Positions 53,712-64,000 of a stretch of 64,000 nucleotides of DNA are shown here, in pieces. Position numbers and translations under genes: made by a program. The number at the start of each line of letters is the position of its first letter. Positions within the stretch are counted from its first letter, which is position 1. Under the pieces are notes generated by a model. It saw only the letters and a list, made by a program, of their open reading frames with translations. It did not search any database and was not told where the DNA came from. Source of the DNA: Tubiluchus corallicola (taxonomy: Eukaryota; Animalia; Priapulida); NCBI GenBank assembly GCA_030141605.1, contig JAQGDQ010000002.1:2418001-2482000 (forward strand), given 5' to 3'.

Positions 53712-55730
53712 ATGACTGTGGAGATATTAGGACAGGGTCAACCATATAGGGTTCACTTGACTATGATCAACAATGATGGCAACGTCACCCCCTCTTCACC
53801 ACTTAACATGCTTTCGGAAATACCAGCTGTGGTTGGTGTTGGTAATAACACGTGGCTTTGGGACAACGTTACAGAAATCACGGCTAACGTGACCAAGTCC
53901 GGCGTATTCATACCGCCAGAGCCAAATTTTAGTGTTCCAGTGCTCGTGGTATTGTCCATTGGTGCCGCTATTTTGAGTTTTCTGACATTCGGCGGTAACT
54001 TTATGGTGATGGTGTCCTTTAAAATGGACAAGCAGTTGCAAACGGTCAGTAACTACTTCTTGCTCAGTTTAGCTATAGCGGACTTCTGGATAGGTTTGGT
54101 ATCAATGCCTCTTTTTACAGTGTACACGCTGCAAAGTTACTGGTCCATGGGACCCTGGGTTTGTGATACGTATTTGGCTTTAGACTATCTAATGAGCAAT
54201 GCCTCTGTGCTAAATTTGCTTATAATAAGTTTTGATCGGTACTTTTCTGTGACTAGACCTTTGACATATCGGGCTCGAAGAACTCCTAAGCGGGCAGCGG
54301 TAATGATTTCCTGCGCTTGGATAATATCCCTGCTTCTGTGGCCGCCGTGGATATACGCTTGGCCATACATAGAAGGAGAAAGAAAAGTGCGAGAAGGACA
54401 GTGTTACATTCAATTCTTAGAAACAAATAAAATCGTCACGTTCGCGACAGCTGTTGCAGCGTTTTATGTTCCAGTGACGGTTATCACCGTGTTATATTGG
54501 CGCATTTGGCTCGAAACTGAGAAAAGAAAGAAAGATTTAGTCGGTTTGCAAGCGCTCAAAGACGACAGAACTAACGGTAGTAAAAAGTCGAGCTCCAGTG
54601 ATGGGGAGCACGTGATGCATGCGTCAGTGAAACGCGCTGAATATGATTCCGGCGGAGAAGAGGCGGAACAGGAACCTGTTCACGAGTGTGACCACCACGC
54701 GAGGCCTCCTAACATTTGGCAACGAATGAACTGTTGTAAGAAGATCATAGACAGGGACACAGACTTTGTGGAGGAAGAGACGTCGAGTGATACACCTGGC
54801 TCACCAGCCGGTTCAATTAATCAAGGACTCTCAGAATTTAGTGCAAGTTCCACTCCCAGTAGGCCAACTAGCTTGAAGGTTTGCTCACAACTAAAAGCTG
54901 ATAAATATCGAGAAAAGGAGAAGCACCCGCGAGCAAACTGCACCCTCATACCACTGATGAGTGCAGATAAAAATGAAAATGGACCACGTGATCAAACTTT
55001 ATTGCAAACTAGAAAGACCAATTCTGAGGAAACAGATCCCAGTGAAAACGTATTTACTATTTTAATAAAACTGCCGCCTGAGGGCCTAAATGACAGCGAA
55101 CAAAAGCCAACAATTACCATGTATTCCGATCGACCTAGAAAAGAGGTGCCCAAGAGTCCAAGAATTAGTCCTGTTGAGGAGAAGCCTCGGGCAGACAATG
55201 TTTCAGCGGAGACACAAGCAACGAGGCTTGTTTCGGTGCCAGCGACGCCACCCGTGCGACCACAGCAACATCACCACCACCATCATCATCAGGATCATAG
55301 CACATCAACCACAACTCATCATGGTGGTGATCCAACAAAAAGTGCAACCGCTCAAGCAAAGTACGCGGCAAAACTAGCTTTTAAAGTAAAGTCGCAGAGA
55401 ACCAGGAAAAAACGGGCGGAAAAGAAACAAGACCAGAAAGCGGCAAAGACCTTAACGGCAATTCTGCTAGCATTTATTATCACGTGGACCCCTTATAATA
55501 TATTTGTACTGGTGATGACTTATTGTTACGAATGCATTCCTACGCCACTTTATAATGCTAGTTATTACTTCTGTTATATTAACAGTACCATCAATCCCCT
55601 ATTGTACGCGTTGTGCAATGTACATTTTCGTAGGACATTTATCCGAATAATGACGTGTAGATGGAGCCTCAAAAAACGAACTCAGCAGATGGTAGCAAAC
55701 AATAGAGCAGCTTATTTGCACAGGTCTTGA
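53712..55730 (+). CDS. mAChR-A: Muscarinic acetylcholine receptor, A-type (M1/M3/M5-like, predicted Gq-coupled), intronless CDS of 672 aa
   Basis: 7TM class A motifs: GN..V..SF, NYFLLSLAIAD, LALDYLMSNASVLNLLIISFDRYFSVTRPLTYRARRT, CYIQFL, AAFYVPV, KAAKTLTAILLAFIITWTPYN, YYFCYINSTINP..Y. Several N-terminal N-x-T sites and a long ICL3. The start may be ATG 53712 or ATG 53763. Confidence 0.96.
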   Translation: MTVEILGQGQPYRVHLTMINNDGNVTPSSPLNMLSEIPAVVGVGNNTWLWDNVTEITANVTKSGVFIPPEPNFSVPVLVVLSIGAAILSFLTFGGNFMVMVSFKMDKQLQTVSNYFLLSLAIADFWIGLVSMPLFTVYTLQSYWSMGPWVCDTYLALDYLMSNASVLNLLIISFDRYFSVTRPLTYRARRTPKRAAVMISCAWIISLLLWPPWIYAWPYIEGERKVREGQCYIQFLETNKIVTFATAVAAFYVPVTVITVLYWRIWLETEKRKKDLVGLQALKDDRTNGSKKSSSSDGEHVMHASVKRAEYDSGGEEAEQEPVHECDHHARPPNIWQRMNCCKKIIDRDTDFVEEETSSDTPGSPAGSINQGLSEFSASSTPSRPTSLKVCSQLKADKYREKEKHPRANCTLIPLMSADKNENGPRDQTLLQTRKTNSEETDPSENVFTILIKLPPEGLNDSEQKPTITMYSDRPRKEVPKSPRISPVEEKPRADNVSAETQATRLVSVPATPPVRPQQHHHHHHHQDHSTSTTTHHGGDPTKSATAQAKYAAKLAFKVKSQRTRKKRAEKKQDQKAAKTLTAILLAFIITWTPYNIFVLVMTYCYECIPTPLYNASYYFCYINSTINPLLYALCNVHFRRTFIRIMTCRWSLKKRTQQMVANNRAAYLHRS

Positions 55731-56598
55731 TTAATTAGTTCACAAAACCTTGTATAGTCCAAATTGAAAAATGATAATACGACAGTGTGCAAGTAACTTT
55801 AGAAAATGGATGACCTTGAAGCCTTGGCCAAGGCATCTAGATTGTGCGGCAACTGCAGCAAGACTGCGTCCGGTCATTTTTGGTAGTTCTGATACTCCAC
55901 TAGATCTGTTGCTTTGGCTTCAATATTATCTCCTAAAACGCACAAATACACACGTCTGTGCGTCAACAGAAACCAAATCTTTTTACTTAGTAGTTACTTG
56001 AAAATGTTAGACGTTCAAGTGGAATGCCGGGCTGTTAACTTGCAATTTATACGTTCGGACAAGACAAAAAAACACAGAAGGACGTTAGTATGTGTAGTTT
56101 TCGCAGATTACCAAAACATGGGCGATGTGCGGTATTTTGCGCTTCTGCAATAATTGTTGTATTCTGTAGTTATCATATCAATGAGGTTACTTAGATCACT
56201 GTGCATTGCAAGCAGGGAATTCACAAATTTACTAGCATGCACGTTTCAGATGGAATGTACTGTGACATCTAACCACAGCACGGTACGTGTTGTAGTTTTA
56301 AACCTTGCGTAAAATGTGGTTAGATTTATTGTTAAAGATTCTTTCCTAAACGAAATGTCTAGTACTAATATGTTCTAACAAATCAATACAGCCATTATTT
56401 ATTAAATTAGCCTATAGGCCGCTAAGTGATGGGCCCTTCTACATCAGTATCTATGTTACGGAAACATTAAAGGTGCGCATTGGCACAAATGTGGTTTGAA
56501 TATCGATAGGCAAAGTATAGACGGATCACAGTCTGTGTGTGCATTTATTTTAATCTTTTAAAACGAATTTATTTAAAACGAAATCATGCGCATAATCC

Positions 56599-56636
56599 TC
56601 AGCTGATGATGGCCTATGAAGATCGAAACGTATTGG
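56599..56636 (+). ncRNA. Degenerate PLE-type minimal hammerhead-like motif
   Basis: cag-CTGATGA-t-ggcc-tatgaa-gatc-GAAACGT-A-ttg: core boxes and palindromic ACGT are present; stem II is imperfect. Confidence 0.4.
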
Positions 56637-57681
56637 AAATTATGTGGATGATTTTAAATTATTAATGATTGTGGTTAAGGTTTAACTTCAATTCTCATGA
56701 ATCAGTACCCGCGATCCTGGCTGTTGAAAGCAGGTTTAGGCCTGCGCTTTGATTGGCTGAAATGTCAGTTGTTAGAGAGCGATGCATTGTTGTATAAATG
56801 CAGAAAGTTAGTTAATGCAGCTCAAGTCAGTTCAGCGGTTAGTATGTAAACTGTGGCAGACCATTTTATTCATAATCGCTCTTCACAATAGTGATATTTT
56901 CATTTTTGCACTCGTAAAATCGTACGACAGGCTTAAACATATTGAACGCCAAGTTAGAAATTAATGCGAAATTAATACTCATTAAACGATTTACGAATGT
57001 TAAAAATAATTTATGAATATTCAAAATTACTTATTAATACTCAGAAATAAGCATTAAATTCCGCTTTATCGTTCCATATTAGGCAGACCATTATGATAAT
57101 TGCGTTATCATAACGCCAGTCGGGAAATCAAAGTGAGTGTAAACAGCATTTAGTTTGTCCTACAATGCAAAATGCGTCGGTATCGACTTGATACAGACCC
57201 ATTTCAAAAGAACCACGTTTATGACCCTGACCAAATTGACTGCACACTTGCAGCCTGATGCGTTTTACACATGAAAAAGGGAAACGAAAGTAAATGGCTA
57301 ATTTGATGATCACTTTAAATAATTTAACGAGCACGAAGCCCTTTGCAAACGTTGAATTTTGGATCACACGTGGCCTGCGCACAATTTGTAGAACACATTT
57401 AGATATCTTTAAAACTTTGTGAAACGGAATTATTTTACAGTTATGTATCAAAAGTCTACACGTTCAAGTGAATTACTGCTGCAAGCATGATGTATCCACA
57501 GTAAACATCCGTACCGTACAAGGTGTATAATTTGTTATAACAGTAGTAAGGCGTGATGATTGTAGGCCAATACGTGCCATGAGAAGTATTGTTGAATTTA
57601 TAGTTTAAGATTTATTAATGAACGTAGTCAAATTGTGTAATTGTGTTATCACGTATCGTGCTTTTATTTGACAGAAAATGG

Positions 57682-57691
57682 AATAAATAAA
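57682..57691 (+). terminator. Candidate poly(A) signal for the receptor mRNA
   Basis: Overlapping AATAAATAAA about 2 kb downstream of the stop, followed by GT-rich sequence at ~57721. Confidence 0.4.
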
Positions 57692-58671
57692 ATGTACTAC
57701 AAATGATCAAGCAAATATCCGTTATGTTTTTGGATAAATGCAAGTAAGTTAATACCATTTCCGTACCAACCAAGCACAACAGTGTTTGTTACACTACATT
57801 GGGTTACCAATCTAATCAGTAACTGAGATAAGTATTAAACTAAAGGCATCGCATTTAATTAACAGTCAACCTATCTGTGTTGGACTTTTTTCAGATTAAC
57901 TCCAGTCAACTTTAAAGGAAAGTAAACCACATGGAAACAACTAAAAAGTATTTTGGCATCCATATAAACAACAGGTGACCATGCAAGCTAGCTATCGGGC
58001 ACGAAACTCGCTCGATATCGAGAAAATTCCGAAACACACGGCCAGTGCAGAGGTGACTTAGTCATGTTTGGCTGTTTATTCACCATCTCAATGAGATAAA
58101 TACAACGGATTGCTGAAGCAGTTTTGCTGCAGCTATCCTTCCATTTACTAACTTTCTGCAGCACCACTTAACTATCTAGCCAAGCACAATAAGCTCATCT
58201 AGAAGTTTTCCCGCTTACTAACATTTCTTGGTGCTGCTTAACTATCACATACCATAACTGCTCATTGCTCAACTGCTTGTTTTGCCAAAACTCTACATGA
58301 ATTTGCTACTAGGATGATATTGGTGCATGCTGATGGCTGCTCTACAATTCAGAATTAGTAGGGTTTCTTCACAATGGATGGTGATTTCTGCAACCAGACC
58401 ACTTTGCTGGAAAAAATGTCAAAAAATAAGCAAAGGCAATTGCAAGTAACTCTTGTAGTTTCTTTAAATTCCAGAAGGAGCTTCATTCTTGCTGTCGCGT
58501 CCATGACTAAGTAAGTAAAAAAAGTACAGTTACAAATACATAGCAATTTCTTTCTACTGTAAGGCCGTGCTTAACTAAGAAAGGACATAATTCCAGGATC
58601 AAACATAATTTTGAGTATTTTGACAAAAATAACAAATACAAAGTTAATTTAGTTCTTCAAAATCTCTTACA

Positions 58672-58677
58672 TTTATT
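58672..58677 (-). terminator. Candidate poly(A) signal for the DAAM mRNA
   Basis: AATAAA on the minus strand, ~1.2 kb past the DAAM stop, followed by T/G-rich minus-strand sequence. Confidence 0.4.
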
Positions 58678-59904
58678 CACTATATTATACCAATGTAAGC
58701 TAGTCAAAATTACCTGCCAAACCCACACAATTCACAACCAGTATTAATTAAGGTGCATATAGCCTGCAATGGCAACTTTTTATCATGTCCTAAAATTTTA
58801 AAACACTGATTTGTATCGCATTATAAGCAAAACATACGTCAGGTTCAAAAACCTGACACAAACGGGTTAGGTTAAATTTAAAAGAAGTCTGTATACTAAT
58901 TTGTTTCATTTACCAGTCATTACCTATGTACCAATCATTGCATACATATTTTAATTTCACAAAAAATGCTTAAAAGTGTACCACAAGCAATTTTTTCAAT
59001 GATTTACAGTATAAACACAAACAATAAACATTTAAAACCCTGTAACTCTAAATCCAGTTCGACTAGAATGCAACACGCTGCTTTCCGCTGCGATTTTGTA
59101 TACAATGCTGTATTTACAATTAAATACCAAAGATCTGCAAAAGCAAACTATGCACAGCTTTACAGTATAATGCATACTTTAAACTATATCTCATAAACAG
59201 TTTTCTATACTTTAAACAATACTTAAATTATTTGCCACTTTAGACCAATGTATTTGAATATGGTACCATATTCAAAACTATTTTAAAGCTTTAGAGTGAC
59301 AACAAATTTTACTGACGTTGGAAAAACAGTCTCTTGTCTTCTCACCGGGAAAACATTTGTATATTATTATATACAAGATAAACTCATGAACACTATAGAA
59401 AGTAATTAATTTAAAAATGCTCAACCTGGTACATAAAGAAGTTCAGAATTCTACCAGCTACACTATTGACAGCGTACAGAAAGTAAACTACAGTTACAAA
59501 AGGTGGGAATTTTTTTAAGACATCAGTGCAAGATCGTAAAATGCAGTATTCAAAGTATTAACATTGGTAACAAAAACTACATCATTTGAACAACAGTTTT
59601 AAAATCAGTATCCAAAAGGAAATATGTATATGCCACAGGATTTCCAAGCTGTGAAGAACTATCTACATTTATAATGTCAGAGCAATAGTATATTTGTTGA
59701 AACGTTAATAGAATAAAATTACTGTTCACAATACAAAATAGTTGAATAATACTTGATAACAGTAGCAAAGTACCTATTGCAACAAGTTAACTTAACTAGA
59801 CTTAGAAAACAGTCTGCTGTATTTACAAACAAACGTCTGTTAAATGCTTACTTTTCACTAGGATGAGATTTTTACATTATATCATAACTGACAGCACAGA
59901 AAAT

Positions 59905-60198
59905 CTAATACTTTAGCTTGGAGGCTCGCTCTCTATTTGGCAGCCCATTTGATTGCACTGGACCGCCATTGCGTTTTCTTTGTTTTTTTAAAGACAATTT
60001 CTGCATATCATCACCAAACACATCACCAGTTCGTAATGCAGATATTAAGTCGTCAAATTCACCATGATCTTTTTCCTTTTCGTTAACATCACCATTTGTT
60101 ATTTTCATATTTTTCGGCTTCTCTTTAACAATTTTGTTGGCTGAATTCTTCTCCTTCTCTTGTTTCTTTTTACGCTCTTTCTCAAGTTTCTTTTGCCT
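59905..60198 (-). CDS. DAAM: DAAM-family formin, last coding exon (DAD domain)
   Basis: CAG acceptor at 60201-60199; RQKKLEKE...GEFDDLISALRTGDVFG...KY-stop. This is the DAAM-type DAD signature, 294 nt, phase 0. Confidence 0.93.
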   Translation of the reverse strand, partial: RQKKLEKERKKKQEKEKNSANKIVKEKPKNMKITNGDVNEKEKDHGEFDDLISALRTGDVFGDDMQKLSLKKQRKRNGGPVQSNGLPNRERASKLKY

Positions 60199-60686
60199 CT
60201 GTTCAAATAAGAAGTAAATTGGAAAGTGGTTTTAATAACAGTGGTTTTAGTAACAGTGGTTTTCCTTTTACTTTCATTTGGTGAATTTTAAAAGTTAGGT
60301 GAATTTAAAAGCCACTCTAAATTTTGTGAAAAGTAATTTTCACATTTTTTGCTGTTCTAACTATGTTTAAAAAATGTGAGTAAAAATCCAAATTCAAGAT
60401 TTTGTTGACTGTCATACAAACAAAACCGGCTGGCAGCCATTCGAGTAGTCTATACATCTACATGCAATGTACGAAATATGCTGCAGTTACAGGTGAAAGT
60501 CACTATTATAGCAAATAAAAATGGCCAGAACATGTATATAGTTGCAAGAGCTTCAGGAAACATATGCTTGAAAATATGACACAATGGAAAATGGCACAGG
60601 TGTGAAATATTTTGACAACTCACGGCATATCTCTAAAGCACAGTTTAAAAAATAATAATTATAACATTTTGCTTCTGTAAACATAC

Positions 60687-60857
60687 CTCCTCTTCTGCCT
60701 TTATTCGCCTCTCCTCTTCCAATCGTCTCTTCTTGACCTTGTCATTGTCGACTTTTGCTTCTGAGGCTGCGATGAGAAATTGGTCAAATATGCCAAATAG
60801 TTCATCTGGCTGTGTTGATTTGGGGTCTTCACCAAACATCTTACACACTCTCTCAAA
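60687..60857 (-). CDS. DAAM: DAAM formin exon (FH2 C-terminal part)
   Basis: TAG acceptor and GTATGT donor; FERVCKMFGEDPKSTQPDELFGIFDQFL...AEEE, 171 nt. Confidence 0.93.
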
Positions 60858-61564
60858 CTATGATAAAAAAGAATGTTAAACAATTTCACTATTACTAAAC
60901 ACAGTGCATACATGGTCATGACTAGTTACCTACATAACAAGGCAAGAATTCAGTGCCCTTTACCTCCACAGCAGCATAATGATGGCTTATTTTAGATTAA
61001 CAAGCAGTAATGGACATATTTATGTCCAACAAAATTTGATAACTCCGACTAAAAACTTATATAAATTGTTTGTAATAAAACAATGGATTTTGTTGCTCTT
61101 ATGCTTGTGGAATTTTTTATTGTCTTGTGTTGCACACATGCACAGGAAAGATTAAAATAGGTTCAGTTCAGTCAAAGATGTGCTTTAGTTTTCATCCATT
61201 CTTTTATCTGTTTATTAGGCATTTAAACATGCCTTTAATGTTCACAATATTAAAACGTTTGAGATAAAAATGCTTCAACAGGCTATTCTGAAGTAGTTTT
61301 TAAAAACATAAATAATAAACATGCTGTACAGATACACACAACTGCAGAAAATGTCTTGAAATTGAATCTGGGTAATTTTATACAGCTAGCAAAGAGACAA
61401 CTAACAGCACCTTTCTTAATTGCATTATCAATAAATTGCAAAAAAAGTTAATAAGCTGCATTTCACTCGAAACATTTTATTTTATTAAAATTTGAATTAG
61501 TGCTTGGCATCTGTGTACCTGCCACAAGAAGATTCGAAGTGATAAATATTTTCATTCTACATAC

Positions 61565-61696
61565 CCATTGTTTCATATCAACAAAAGCATCTTCAAGTTC
61601 CGACAGGTTTAATGCAACCACTTTGATGAATTCCGACATAACAGGAAGAAATTTATCACCAGTCTCTTTTGGTCGAGTACGATGAAAATCTAACTC
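61565..61696 (-). CDS. DAAM: DAAM formin exon (FH2)
   Basis: CAG acceptor and GTATGT donor; ELDFHRTRPKETGDKFLPVMSEFIKVVALNLSELEDAFVDMKQW, 132 nt. Not in the ORF track. Confidence 0.92.
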
Positions 61697-61782
61697 CTGA
61701 AGAAACAGTAAACATTAACTATTTGGTGTATCACTGTTTTCCTTATAAACACAGAGAGGGAAAGATAAGAATAAAGAAGAAT

Positions 61783-61787
61783 GAGAG

Positions 61788-61880
<93 letters not shown>
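61783..61880 (+). repeat. (GA)n microsatellite in a DAAM intron
   Basis: Direct reading. Confidence 0.98.
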
Positions 61881-61881
<1 letters not shown>

Positions 61882-62303
61882 AAGCAAACAGACAAAGACA
61901 AAACTAGGAGAGTTTTTGAAGCAGTGATGTTAGTTTTTGGAATAAGTGATTTTCTTAAAATTCAACAAATACCAGACAATGGATGACGAAAAGCTGAAGA
62001 AATACAATCTATTAGTCACATTTAACATTTGTAGATTATCTGAAGATCTACACAAACAAATTGCAGCACTTATACACAAAAACCATTTAATTCAGACAAA
62101 AATGACCCCAGAAAAGTTTGCCCGACAAATGTGGAGTGCAAAACAAGAGAACAAGTTAAAGAACAGCGGCCAGTTTAATAGTAGGAATAAACCAGAATAG
62201 AGCAGGATTTGGTGTCATAAAAATTATTTTTTTAATCAGACTTTTTTAGCATCTTATTGATAACCTAAGCTGCACTGTAACAACATAATAAAGGTGTTGA
62301 TAC

Positions 62304-62641
62304 CTTCTCTAGATCTTTAAAACCGATACGAAGTATATGCAAGTCTTTTTCTAATTCAGTCATGTTGACCTTAGCGGCATAATGCACATGTTCGAGATCA
62401 TTGTGCACTTTCAGTACATCAGGAAATTTCCTTTCCAACATATTGATGAGATAATGTAGCAACGTGATGGATGTATCAACACTAGACTTAGTGTCAACAA
62501 TCTTGTTCAAGCTCTGTAACTTGAAACCGAATGCATTGCTTCGTTGACCCCGATTCATAAAGTTTCCAAAAGCCAGAATGATTTCGAGTAGCTTTCTTAA
62601 TCGCTTGCTTCGGTAGACTTCTTTCGATGCATTTATCACAC
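62304..62641 (-). CDS. DAAM: DAAM formin exon (FH2 core)
   Basis: LLEIILAFGNFMNRGQRSNAFGFKLQSLNKIVDTKS..TLLHYL is the FH2 GNxMN motif. CAG acceptor and GTATCA donor, 338 nt, phase consistent with its neighbours. Confidence 0.96.
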
Positions 62642-62676
62642 CTGTGCAGTTAAAGTTAAAAGTATTACTTTATCTA

Positions 62677-62890
62677 TGGATGAGTGGCTGGCTGGTTCGA
62701 TACTCGCTCCGGATGGTGTTATGCATAAACCCTAGCTGATTACCTAGTAGGATGATGAATATATACCTCCAAACACCTATACCCATTCGGTGGCTTACCT
62801 TAGAGGGACATCCTTGACAAAGAGTCAAGCACCAGACATGCCACAAATAGCTCTAGCAGAAGGGCATACCTTAGAATGTTAGATCTCCGT
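62677..62890 (+). mobile_element. Putative tRNA-derived SINE relic in a DAAM intron
   Basis: A-box-like tggatgagtgg and B-box-like ggttcgatac. Internal atccttgacaaagag is shared with minus-strand copies at ~18052 and ~35212. Confidence 0.4.
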
Positions 62891-63162
62891 TTGTGAACTG
62901 AAATACTTTATTACCCATTTTAAACTGTAACAATGTCAAATGAAATAATGATGCTACAGTATAGATTTCTCTTGAACTGGTTATTACAAACTTACTAACT
63001 AAAATTAGATTTACAATTGGCTATAATTTTAATTATGGAATGTGAGCTTCAATTATGGAATATCACACATTTTATAATGCACGCTTCAACAGATTTGTCA
63101 CTACAAAAGCCCAAGTAAAACTTTATGCAGCGTCCACACTTTCATAAAAATCGTTTACTTAC

Positions 63163-63358
63163 TATTAACTTTAGGTTTGATATCAGTGATTCGCTCAGCA
63201 AATTTTTTCTTGTAAACAAGCGCTTTTAACCTTTCTTCATAATGGACAATTCGGCTCATGTCATAAAGGAAACGATCTGCTCTTGCCATAGAATCTATCT
63301 CGTGACTGTGTTCTTCTAGCATTGCCTTCTCTTCAGGCATTGGCACAAACTTGAGAAG
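63163..63358 (-). CDS. DAAM: DAAM formin exon (FH2); the gene continues beyond the window
   Basis: TAG acceptor and GTAAGT donor; [17 protein letters not shown]...[21 protein letters not shown], 196 nt, phase-1 join to the next exon. Confidence 0.94.
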
Positions 63359-63608
63359 CTAAAAACGTAATTATAAAACATTTCCATACTTTGTTTATGC
63401 TACTTTTGTATCACATAGCAGTAACTCTGAAACTGAAATGCATTACCAGTATAAACTTTTTTTCAATAATAGGATCATTGCAACAGTTGTTATGACAACA
63501 TAATGCTCTATGGTTTACAGGCCTTAGAATAATGGCGTAACGTCTATTGCCATTCGTAACCACGGTGTGGCACATGGGGCACAAAAAATTTGTCCTGGCT
63601 ACCTCAAC

Positions 63609-63729
63609 ATGGGCAAGAAGAAAGTGGTTGTTATAGGTGCAGGTCCGGCAGGGCTAACATCAGCAAGAGCACTTTCTGAGAAGTCTGAAATGTTTGATTT
63701 TGTTGTTTTTGACACACAAAGCAAAATAG
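63609..63729 (+). CDS. First coding exon of an FAD-dependent oxidoreductase, most likely flavin-containing monooxygenase (FMO)-like
   Basis: ATG in CAACATGG context; MGKKKVVVIGAGPAGLTSARAL...FVVFDTQSKIG is a GxGxxG Rossmann fold leading into the GG motif. It ends at a G|GTGAGC donor. Confidence 0.8.
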
Positions 63730-64000
63730 GTGAGCTATTAAACGACCATTAACATTTAATTATTAATTTAGTTAACACCACGGATATTAAACAAGAATGC
63801 CAAAATGTACCTGGTATTATCAATTACGAACTAAAGCAACATACAGATGACAAATCTGTATTAGTTATTAAATTTTTAAATAATAAATAAAATGTAAAAA
63901 AAGCTAAAGCCTAATTTGCATATAAGACCATTCTCATGGACATCAATGTTTTGACCACTAGACCATGTTTCTACAGCATGAACTCTATTTTCTATTCGAG

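Noticed and set aside
53753-55377. Antisense and alternative-frame ORFs within the receptor CDS
   Set aside because: These are shadow ORFs of a real coding sequence with no independent motifs.
55725-55740. Stop-codon readthrough of the receptor
   Set aside because: The TGA is followed by TTAATT, not a CTAG/CARYYA readthrough context.
61500-62200. Plus-strand ORFs including an ER-repeat protein
   Set aside because: They are antisense to DAAM exons or come from the intronic (GA)n repeat.

Overview
This is an AT-rich metazoan (invertebrate-looking) genomic window; there are no prokaryotic operons or CRISPR arrays. The first ~53 kb has no recognisable intact host coding exon. It is filled with microsatellites and transposon debris: two divergently oriented CR1/L2-group LINE copies, a Penelope-like GIY-YIG remnant with a minimal hammerhead ribozyme motif, MITEs, a foldback element, and SINE-like relics including 5S-like ones. 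An intronless A-type muscarinic acetylcholine receptor CDS follows (53712-55730, +). Its splice acceptor is followed directly by two uORFs. It converges with the last five coding exons of a DAAM-family formin (- strand, 59905-63358). A first exon of an FAD-dependent (FMO-like) oxidoreductase sits antisense inside a DAAM intron at the window end. All calls come from reading the sequence by eye; no database searches were run.
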